Source: a virus. From it: a stretch of 64,000 bases of DNA. Where the stretch lies: IMG/VR virus record IMGVR_UViG_3300042305_002533, positions 32,001 to 96,000 of that record; one strand, given 5' to 3'. The first letter of the stretch is position 1, and each line of letters starts with the position of its first letter. The notes under the pieces were generated by a model. It was given only the letters and a program-made list of their open reading frames with translations. It did no database searches and was not told the DNA's origin. Position numbers and translations under genes: made by a program. This document shows positions 19,537-26,766 of the stretch, in pieces.

Positions 19537-21157
19537 CGGCGCAGAACTTCGCCGTACCCGATCTGAGCTAGCCCGCGCCCTCCTTCGGATCGACGGTAAG
19601 CCTGTCAACCTCGATGACTACCCGATGTTCCTCGCCATCTACGATGGCGGGTACAAGCGGACTCTCTTGAAGACCTCCCGACAGGTGGGCAAGTCGACGA
19701 CCCTCTCAAACTTCTCCGTCGCTGAGTCTATCGCCGAGCCGCACTTCAAGACCTTCTTCATCTCACCCTCGCAGGAGCAGACGCACAAGTTCTCAACGGA
19801 GCGCGTCGGCAAGACGATCATGTACTCGCCCCTGGTGAAGAAGCACTTCATCGGAGACTCCGCGAGTAACCGCGTCATGGTGCGCTCTTTCAAGCGCGGG
19901 TCTACGATCTATTTCAGTTATGCCGAAGACGACGCCGACCGTTGTCGCGGTATCACGGCTGACCGCTTGTGCCTCGATGAGGTGCAGGACATCAACCTCG
20001 AAGCCGTAATCCCCGTCGTCAAAGAGACCATCGCCAACTCGGAGTACGCGTACGAGATGTACTGCGGCACGCCGAAGACGATGGAAAATGGCATCGAGAT
20101 CATGTGGAAGTCGTCCACCAAGAGTGAGTGGGCGATGAAGTGCGAGGGCTGCAGTCGCTTCTCGGTAATCGTGAGCGAAACGCAGCTTGGTAAAGAGGGG
20201 CCGATTTGCACCAAGTGCGGCAAAGGGCTGAACCCCCGCTTCGGCGTGTGGATCGACACCAACCGGGAAGTCGACGCCAAGACCAAGGGCTTTCACATCT
20301 CCCGCGCCATCATGCCGAAATCGGTGCCGATCTGTTGGCCCGAAGGTCCGCAACGTGAGAAGGCCAAAGAAAAATGGGCCGAGGTCCTCGACAAGCTGGA
20401 AGGCCCGGGGGCCTACCCGCTGTCGATGTTCCGCAACGAAGTTCTGGGCATCAGCGACTCCGAAGGCGTACGCCTTCTGACAAAAGAAGACCTCGACACC
20501 ATGTGCGACGGCCCGGACATCTCGCCCGTGCCGACGCACCAGAACATGGCGGACGTGTCAAAAGTCTCTGCGGGATTTGACTGGTCCGGGGGCGGCACGG
20601 AAATAAAGTCGCGCACTGTACTGACCATCCAGGGGCAGCTGACCAACGGCCGGATCAGGATTTTGTATTTCAAGATCTTCCCCGGGACCTCACCCCTCGA
20701 AGAGCTGAATGAGATAACACAAATTGTAAAAAACTATGACACGCGCTTCCCGATGTTCATGGGCGGTGACGCCGGCGAAGGCAACATGAACATGGACTCG
20801 CTGCGGAACCGATTTCAGAAGCCCCAGCGGATTCTGAAGATCCGCTACGTCGGCACGCAGAATACGTACGTGCAGTGGAACTCCGTCGGCGGCTTTTACA
20901 CGTTGCACCGAACGCCCGCGATTGACTCAATGATGACCAACTTGAAGATGGGGAAGTACCAGTTCCCCGCAAACAAGAAGGTCATGGACGTGGCGTTCAA
21001 CGACATCTTGAACGAGCACGTCGAAGTAACGACGCAGGGGCGGAAGCGCTGGGATCACGCGTCCAATAAGCCCGATGACTTTTTGCACGCACTCGTGTTT
21101 GGCCGTTTGGCGCTTCAGGTGAGCACCGGCGAGCTGAACCTGGGGAGTGCGTTTTAG
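19514..21157 (+). CDS. terL: Terminase large subunit (lambda GpA-like)
   Basis: Walker A SRQVGKST, Walker B LCLDEVQD, GTPKT coupling motif, CxxC..CxxC finger, nuclease GFDWSGG and PDDFLHA. Confidence 0.88.
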   Translation: MPSLTSNDGAELRRTRSELARALLRIDGKPVNLDDYPMFLAIYDGGYKRTLLKTSRQVGKSTTLSNFSVAESIAEPHFKTFFISPSQEQTHKFSTERVGKTIMYSPLVKKHFIGDSASNRVMVRSFKRGSTIYFSYAEDDADRCRGITADRLCLDEVQDINLEAVIPVVKETIANSEYAYEMYCGTPKTMENGIEIMWKSSTKSEWAMKCEGCSRFSVIVSETQLGKEGPICTKCGKGLNPRFGVWIDTNREVDAKTKGFHISRAIMPKSVPICWPEGPQREKAKEKWAEVLDKLEGPGAYPLSMFRNEVLGISDSEGVRLLTKEDLDTMCDGPDISPVPTHQNMADVSKVSAGFDWSGGGTEIKSRTVLTIQGQLTNGRIRILYFKIFPGTSPLEELNEITQIVKNYDTRFPMFMGGDAGEGNMNMDSLRNRFQKPQRILKIRYVGTQNTYVQWNSVGGFYTLHRTPAIDSMMTNLKMGKYQFPANKKVMDVAFNDILNEHVEVTTQGRKRWDHASNKPDDFLHALVFGRLALQVSTGELNLGSAF

Positions 21158-21159
21158 CC

Positions 21160-21190
21160 AAAAAAACACGCAGCGTTTTACCGCTGCGTG
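21160..21190 (-). terminator. Intrinsic terminator closing the cassette array
   Basis: Minus strand CACGCAGCG-GTAAAA-CGCTGCGTG followed by T7. Confidence 0.85.
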
Positions 21191-21340
21191 CCTCCCAGGC
21201 TTCTCGCCTTACCTGGAATGGCGGCTATCTTATGGGGGCAAGGCCCGAGAGATATTGCTTCGACAGGCAATCCCAGAACGATTAAATCGCCGGGCGGTCT
21301 CTGCGTGGTGACTCTCGGGGTTTGACCACACTTGAAGGTC
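21160..21340 (-). ncRNA. Candidate ~180-nt structured non-coding RNA
   Basis: Lies between a cassette promoter and a terminator; no ATG at the position used by the sister cassettes; helices TTGACC/GGTCAA, CCCGAGAG/CTCTCGGG, ATTGC/GCAAT, CCAGG/CCTGG. Confidence 0.5.
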
Positions 21341-21345
21341 AAGTT

Positions 21346-21372
21346 CTTATACCAGAAAAGGCCCTGCCTTTT
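21346..21372 (-). promoter_or_regulatory. Cassette promoter copy 1 (A-tract-N15-GGTATAAG)
   Basis: AAAA-15 nt-GGTATAAG, same spacing in four copies. Confidence 0.75.
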
Positions 21373-21440
21373 GGCCAAAAGAAACCGCCCCCTTGGACGC
21401 GCCGAACGGCGCAGGGCGGTGCCTCCAGGACGGAGGGCTT
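21369..21440 (-). repeat. Inter-cassette repeat copy 1 (bulged hairpin terminator plus TTTTGGCCAAAA palindrome)
   Basis: Nearly identical to 21804-21875; ACCGCCC..GGGCGGT stem followed by TTCTTTT on minus strand. Confidence 0.9.
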
Positions 21441-21774
21441 ACAAGGACCGAAGCCAGCCCTTGAGGTACGCGGCGTACTCCGGCCGCGCGCAGATGCGGG
21501 ACGCCTTCACGTCCCGCGAGAAAACCGCCGCCAGCGGCTTGAGCGCCTCTTGCGGCAGAAGAGCGGCCGCCGCCGCCCGGTACTCCTCCGGGTGGGCTTC
21601 CACCCAGAGGAGGTCGGGGTCCGAAGAGTCGAACCCCTCCCCGCCATGCTGGGGCACACCCATCATGGTGAGGCTGTGCGCCAACCGGGTCCATTCCCGA
21701 TTGGCGGTGAACTCCTCGACGTCCTTCCGGAAGTCGAGGAGCCATGCGTTAACGCCGTCAGGCATAGCGATCAT
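21439..21774 (-). CDS. Small cassette-borne hypothetical protein
   Basis: 111 aa; ATG 5 nt after TATAAG, stop adjoins the repeat. Confidence 0.75.
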   Translation of the reverse strand: MIAMPDGVNAWLLDFRKDVEEFTANREWTRLAHSLTMMGVPQHGGEGFDSSDPDLLWVEAHPEEYRAAAAALLPQEALKPLAAVFSRDVKASRICARPEYAAYLKGWLRSL

Positions 21775-21779
21775 ACTGT

Positions 21780-21807
21780 CTTATACCCGACGCCCCCTAT
21801 CGTTTTT
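21780..21807 (-). promoter_or_regulatory. Cassette promoter copy 2
   Basis: AAAAA-15 nt-GGTATAAG-ACAGT-ATG. Confidence 0.8.
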
Positions 21808-21875
21808 GGCCAAAAGAAACCGCCCCTTTGGACGCGCCGAACGGCGCAGGGCGGTGCCTCCAGGACGGAGGGCTT
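21804..21875 (-). repeat. Inter-cassette repeat copy 2
   Basis: Nearly identical to copy 1. Confidence 0.9.
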
Positions 21876-22342
21876 CAGACGTTTGCTGCCCGCTCGGCCT
21901 GCTCGGCCAGGCTCAGCAGCTCGGACCTGACGTAGGCGAGGTCTCTGTACTCCCCGCCCCATGACGGCGACTGCCCAGCGTCCCACGGCGGGGGCGCGTC
22001 CCCCATGTGGGCACAATCAAAGCCGACGGTGACGCCCCCGTCCCCGTCGGCTTCGAACTCGGCGTACGTGCACCCGCCGTGGGCCTCGATAGCCCAGAGC
22101 AGCCGGTTTTCGCACGGGGGGGCAGGCGCCCCGTCTTCGCCCGTGCAGGCCGCCTGGGCCCACGGGTGGGCCCGGGGCACGGTGATGTACCCGCACCAGT
22201 GCCCGCGGTAGCTCCGCCGGGCGCGCACCGGGAAGCCCCGGTAGACGGCCTCCACCAGGGAGACCTCCGGGCCATCGGCCCGGTCCAGGGCGTCGACGGG
22301 GTTGAGGTTGTTGTTCGTATCCCCAGAAACATGGGTGTCCAT
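21875..22342 (-). CDS. Small cassette-borne phage hypothetical protein
   Basis: 155 aa; GHWCGY..HP, HGGCTY and GFDCAH motifs of a type common in phage hypotheticals; exactly fills the cassette. Confidence 0.8.
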   Translation of the reverse strand: MDTHVSGDTNNNLNPVDALDRADGPEVSLVEAVYRGFPVRARRSYRGHWCGYITVPRAHPWAQAACTGEDGAPAPPCENRLLWAIEAHGGCTYAEFEADGDGGVTVGFDCAHMGDAPPPWDAGQSPSWGGEYRDLAYVRSELLSLAEQAERAANV

Positions 22343-22347
22343 ACTGA

Positions 22348-22375
22348 CTTATACCCGCCGCCCCTACCGTTTTTT
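22348..22375 (-). promoter_or_regulatory. Cassette promoter copy 3
   Basis: AAAAA-15 nt-GGTATAAG-TCAGT-ATG. Confidence 0.8.
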
Positions 22376-22442
22376 GACCAAAAGAAACCACCCCGTTGGA
22401 CGCGCCGAACGGCGCGGGGTGGTAGATCCAACTCAGGACGGG
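22372..22442 (-). repeat. Inter-cassette repeat copy 3 (diverged)
   Basis: Outer stem is ACCACCCC..GGGGTGGT (compensatory change); inner TTGGACGCGCCGAACGGCGC and CAGGACGG retained. Confidence 0.85.
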
Positions 22443-22787
22443 TTAGATCTTCTCCAGGACGGCCAGGCCCCAACCGGGGTAGGCCTCCGTCTGGAGGGTG
22501 ACGTCCGCGAGGGGCACCGGGCGCCCCTCGCGGACTGCCGTTGCGATCTCCTCAGGCGTGGCGTCGTCGTAGACGCTCACGTCGAGGCGACCGTCGGACA
22601 GCCGCATGACCGAGGCACAGCCCCGGATGGTGCGGCGACCGATGACGAGCACCTTGCTGCCCTTGGCAGTCAAGGCTGCTCGCCACCTCTGGTGGGACGG
22701 GACTGTTTCGGCGGTATGCCCGCCGCCCCAGATCCCGTCCCACCATCGGTCTGCGACCGTGAATTTGGAGGCATCAAAGTGGTCCAT
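22443..22787 (-). CDS. Small cassette-borne hypothetical protein
   Basis: 114 aa; ATG 5 nt after TATAAG, stop adjoins repeat 3. Confidence 0.75.
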   Translation of the reverse strand: MDHFDASKFTVADRWWDGIWGGGHTAETVPSHQRWRAALTAKGSKVLVIGRRTIRGCASVMRLSDGRLDVSVYDDATPEEIATAVREGRPVPLADVTLQTEAYPGWGLAVLEKI

Positions 22788-22792
22788 ACCTC

Positions 22793-22820
22793 CTTATACC
22801 CGCCCAACCCCCCCCTTTTT
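22793..22820 (-). promoter_or_regulatory. Cassette promoter copy 4
   Basis: AAAAA-15 nt-GGTATAAG-GAGGT-ATG. Confidence 0.8.
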
Positions 22821-23377
22821 CACGCCGCGAAAAACGGCCTCGCCACCTTATCAAACACGAACTTCCCCCGCTCGATGTCCGCCATGGCCCGGTGCTCCTG
22901 GAGATTCGGGCCGCCCAGGGCGTCGTAGACCTGATGCAGCCCGAACTTCGGCAGCCCCATCTTGATCGCCGCCACCGCCGAGAAAGACTGGATGTCGATC
23001 GCTCGACGGTCCCACGTGGGTTCGAGGTCAAAGTACGCCAGTTCCGCCTTGATCATGTCACAGTCGAAGCGAACGTTCTGCGAGCAGAGGGGCACGTTCC
23101 CCAGAAGGGAAGCGTACTGCCGCCACAACTTAAGGGCCGTTTCCGTCCCAGCCCGGGGGGCTTTCTCCCAGTCGGGGTTGTCGAAGTACCCGTTGATCTT
23201 CATCGCGACGGGGCTCCACGGGGTCATCGAGAGGTCCACGCGCTGCCGGAGCACGAAGCTCGACATCACGGTCATCTCCTGGGGCCGAACGTCCACCAGT
23301 TGAACAGCGGCCTCGATGACCCGGTTGACGCCCGCCTTGAGTCCGGTTGTTTCAGTATCGACGAATGCGATGAGCAT
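22820..23377 (-). CDS. DnaQ-like DEDDh 3'-5' exonuclease
   Basis: FVDTETTGL, QNVRFD, HRAMADI. Confidence 0.9.
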   Translation of the reverse strand: MLIAFVDTETTGLKAGVNRVIEAAVQLVDVRPQEMTVMSSFVLRQRVDLSMTPWSPVAMKINGYFDNPDWEKAPRAGTETALKLWRQYASLLGNVPLCSQNVRFDCDMIKAELAYFDLEPTWDRRAIDIQSFSAVAAIKMGLPKFGLHQVYDALGGPNLQEHRAMADIERGKFVFDKVARPFFAA

Positions 23378-23392
23378 GTTTGCCTCTTGTAG

Positions 23393-26300
23393 TCAGGGGG
23401 CCCGAGTCCGCTCGGGCATTTCAAAACCATCTGGATCACGGAGATCGTCGAACTGCTCTTCCTCGGTGTAGCCGTCGAACTGCGGTTCGGGTGTCGGCGC
23501 CGGAAGCGCCTTCACATACTTCTCGAAGTCCATGACTTCGCCGTAGCTGGGCCCGAGCTCTACGTCCCATCGATAAGGCACCGGCATCCATGGGAACGCC
23601 TCAGCAACACGGTTTGTGCCGTACTGCGTGAAAATGTCCCGCACCTGATGCGCGTACTTCTTGGGGACCTGAAAGCCAATCGAGTCGTGAACTGTCAGCA
23701 GTAACCGCCCGCGCAAGTCATTTTCAATCACAGGCGCAAGCCAACAAAGCACGCTGAGCACGATGTCGGAGTTTGTGCCCTGTACCTTGAAGTTGATCGC
23801 CCGGCGCTCAGCTTGCGCCCGGAGTTCATTCGGAGCGCCGGCGCCAATAAGAAAGCGACGACGGCGGCCATTGAAGGCCTCGACCATGCCAAAGGTGCGA
23901 AGCTCCCACTTCGTGCGGTCCATGAAGGTTCGGATCGTCGGAAACTTCGTGAAGAGAAGCTCCTGAATCTTCTTGGCGAACTCATGGGAAATGCCGGCAA
24001 TCTCCGCAATCTTCTTGATGCCGGCGCCGTAAAGCATTCCGAAGACAAGGCGCTTGATGTTGTCGCGCAGCGCCTTCAGGCGCTTGCCGTAGGCCTTATC
24101 GGGCAAAAGCCCATCCTTGCCCTTAAGAAAGTCCTCGTAAGACCACTCGTGGTCGTCATCAATACCCGCGTTCACAAGGGCGATACGCCGCGACTCGCCG
24201 CTAAGCCCCGCCGCTACGAGCTTGGGGTTCAGACACTCAGAGCCGAAGAAGCAGTGCGCGTCCAGGCCGTCCTGAAGCGCCGCAATCAGCGCCTGATCTT
24301 TGGAGTAAGCTGAGTAGATTGAAACCTCGGCGCCTTTAGCGTCGGCGTTGCCGAAACAATAACTGTCGTCATCGGGCACAAAAAGCTTCTTGCAGTTCAC
24401 GCCCTCAAAGACCGGGCGCCCCTCGTCGCTGAGAACCAGAGCGCCTTTCAGATCTCGTAGCGCGCCGATCAGGCCCTTCGGTATGTTCTGGGCGTTAAAC
24501 CGGGCGTCGCCCACCTGGACCGCCGAGGACAAGCGGCCCGTAGACGTCGAGGTCAAGCCATAGCCCGCGTGAAGCTTGCCGTCCCCGAAGTAAGTAGCCA
24601 GCGCCTCGATATTCGCGAAGAAAGTGTTCTTGCCCTTGTCCGCCTTCTTATGCGCTAGGAGCAAGTTGGCTAACGGGCACTTGTAGCGCGCGACGAGGCT
24701 TTTCATCACGCCGTCGCTGACCTGAATGGCGCCTTTGGCGGTATACGCCTGAGCTTTGTAGCTGATGCGCTTCCCGTCAAAGTTCACCAGCCCCGGATAC
24801 TCTGCAGCAAGCTTGTCCGCCGCTTCCGGGTCCGGATGAATGTAGCCGTCACCAAAGAACAGTTGCCCCAGGCGCTTCGTCGACCCGAGCTTGAATTCGT
24901 CACCACCCGCCAGTTCAAAGATCTGCTGCCGGGTGTGCTCAACGGTCTGCCCCAAAGACTCCGCGCCCCAAGTACAGTAATTCAAATCAACCCGCATGCC
25001 GTTGTATTCGATCTTCGCAAGCTCACGCTGACGCGGCAGATAGTCGTCCTGCACAAGCTTGCGAAGAGGGCTCGGCGTCGGACAAAGCCGCTGAACCGTA
25101 AAGGGGTCCCGCCGCCCGAGCTTGACCGCCTCCTCAATTTTGTTGCGCAACTGCGACAGCGCGAAGTCTTCCTCATGCATTCGCTGCACTTGAATTACCG
25201 CGATCCGCCTTGTCGCGTCGGCGTCCACGCACGCATAGAACATCAGCTCTTGAAGCGGGATGCTCTCAAACCCGCCGGTCTTTTTCTTCTTGGACGGCGC
25301 CTTATCCGCCTTCGTTTGAAACTCTCCACTTTTCTTTGCGTTCAAGACCAACTGAATCTGATCTTTTATCTCAGCCCACTTCGGGTCTTTGACCGCCGTC
25401 TCCAGAGTCTTGACCTGAAACCGCTGCGTCTTCAGAACCTTCTTCTTCAACAACGTATCAAGCGCCGCCGCAACGGCCGGGGGCAACCGCAGCGTCTTCC
25501 CTTCGGTTGAAGGCTGTGCCGCGTCGACGCGCTCGTTGGCTTCTTCGAGCATGCCCTGCAGCCGGTCTTCGTAACCGGCGAGTTCGGGCAAGAACTGCTT
25601 TGTGAGCATTTTCAGCGAATAGAACTTTTTCTTGTCCTCTTCGAGAACATGCTCGGCGAGCAGCGCGTCCCACGCAACGTTGCCTACGTCGCCCTGGGGC
25701 CAGCCCAACCGCCAGAAAACTTTGTAGTCGTACTTGCCATTAAACCAGATAATCGGCTTGCCGCTGGTCAGAAGGCGCTTGATCTCCTCATACGCCGCCG
25801 CCGGGTCGTACATGTCGTTTCGCGGGTGCCAGAGCGCAACGGACGCCGCCTTGCTCGTTGCCCACGCAAACGAGACGGACAAAAGCTTTGTGCCGTCCCA
25901 ATTGGGGTGAAGGGTATTGGTCTCCGTATCGAAAGAGATCTTCCAAGACATCGGCGGGATATCAAACTCGGAGTAGCCGATAACGTGATCGACAAGCTTG
26001 CGGATCTCTTCAAGCGTCTTTGGGTAAACGAAGCCCTTCTCGATCTCTTCGCGGCTCTTTACCCGGATAAGCGACGAAGTCGCCAGCCGCGCCGCGCGCT
26101 CAATGTCTGCAAGCAGCGTATTGAATTTGCCGTCTTGCGTGCCGTGCGCCTTCAAGGACCGTGTGAAAACCACGTTCACTTTGACGCCCGCGACATCGAC
26201 GTCTTCGAATATCCGGTTGAGCGCCTCGTCTTCGCTGCGCACCGAAACGCCCAGAGCCACAAGCGCCGCGACCCCGCAGGCAATAACGACGATCTTATTC

Positions 26301-26758
26301 TGCCGCCCGGCGGCTTGCCGGCGCTGTGCTGTACGGTGAACGAGGCGCCGCAAGTTATCCGCGCAGGTAAGGATGATTTTCTTATTGGGGTTTTCTACCG
26401 CGCACTTTACGGCGTACGTGTAAAGCACTTGCAGTGCCCCAAATTCACGCCGTGAAAGCACACGATCAACCGCCGTACGCAGCACGCGGCCTGCCGCGTC
26501 GTCAAAGGTTTCGTGACGTGTCTTAGGCAGGCCTGCGCCCTTACCGCCTATCAACACAAGGCGGGGTGGCGGCGCCGGAGCGTCGCCTACAACGATGATG
26601 TCGGCGCCTTCCGGGCCTCGATCATCTGGGTGGAAATGAGTGCCATTGAATGCCGGGCACCCGTTGCAACCAGCGCCCGCCTTGGCGCGCCACTCAGGAC
26701 GCGCGCAAAGCTGGCAGCTGAACGCCTCGGGCGGTTCAGACAGCGTTACCGTGGGCAT
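23393..26758 (-). CDS. polA: Family A DNA polymerase with N-terminal uracil-DNA-glycosylase-like domain and 3'-5' exonuclease
   Basis: UDG-like IIVVGDAP/YAVKC; Exo FDTET, FNGKYD, YACVDAD; TGRLSS; motif A ADAKGAE; motif B KRLVFGMLYG; NFKVQG; motif C TVHDSI. Confidence 0.93.
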   Translation of the reverse strand: MPTVTLSEPPEAFSCQLCARPEWRAKAGAGCNGCPAFNGTHFHPDDRGPEGADIIVVGDAPAPPPRLVLIGGKGAGLPKTRHETFDDAAGRVLRTAVDRVLSRREFGALQVLYTYAVKCAVENPNKKIILTCADNLRRLVHRTAQRRQAAGRQNKIVVIACGVAALVALGVSVRSEDEALNRIFEDVDVAGVKVNVVFTRSLKAHGTQDGKFNTLLADIERAARLATSSLIRVKSREEIEKGFVYPKTLEEIRKLVDHVIGYSEFDIPPMSWKISFDTETNTLHPNWDGTKLLSVSFAWATSKAASVALWHPRNDMYDPAAAYEEIKRLLTSGKPIIWFNGKYDYKVFWRLGWPQGDVGNVAWDALLAEHVLEEDKKKFYSLKMLTKQFLPELAGYEDRLQGMLEEANERVDAAQPSTEGKTLRLPPAVAAALDTLLKKKVLKTQRFQVKTLETAVKDPKWAEIKDQIQLVLNAKKSGEFQTKADKAPSKKKKTGGFESIPLQELMFYACVDADATRRIAVIQVQRMHEEDFALSQLRNKIEEAVKLGRRDPFTVQRLCPTPSPLRKLVQDDYLPRQRELAKIEYNGMRVDLNYCTWGAESLGQTVEHTRQQIFELAGGDEFKLGSTKRLGQLFFGDGYIHPDPEAADKLAAEYPGLVNFDGKRISYKAQAYTAKGAIQVSDGVMKSLVARYKCPLANLLLAHKKADKGKNTFFANIEALATYFGDGKLHAGYGLTSTSTGRLSSAVQVGDARFNAQNIPKGLIGALRDLKGALVLSDEGRPVFEGVNCKKLFVPDDDSYCFGNADAKGAEVSIYSAYSKDQALIAALQDGLDAHCFFGSECLNPKLVAAGLSGESRRIALVNAGIDDDHEWSYEDFLKGKDGLLPDKAYGKRLKALRDNIKRLVFGMLYGAGIKKIAEIAGISHEFAKKIQELLFTKFPTIRTFMDRTKWELRTFGMVEAFNGRRRRFLIGAGAPNELRAQAERRAINFKVQGTNSDIVLSVLCWLAPVIENDLRGRLLLTVHDSIGFQVPKKYAHQVRDIFTQYGTNRVAEAFPWMPVPYRWDVELGPSYGEVMDFEKYVKALPAPTPEPQFDGYTEEEQFDDLRDPDGFEMPERTRAP

Positions 26759-26766
26759 AGCCCCTC

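Noticed and set aside
21178-21378. 66-aa minus-strand ORF
   Set aside because: Starts inside the promoter/repeat and ends in the terminator loop; ncRNA reading preferred, though not excluded.
21369-22442. CRISPR array
   Set aside because: Repeats are ~70 bp and separated by several hundred bp of gene-containing sequence; no cas operon.
21322-22928. Plus-strand ORFs of 160-210 aa with repeated peptides
   Set aside because: Shadow frames through the DNA repeats; minus-strand ORFs fit promoters and terminators exactly.
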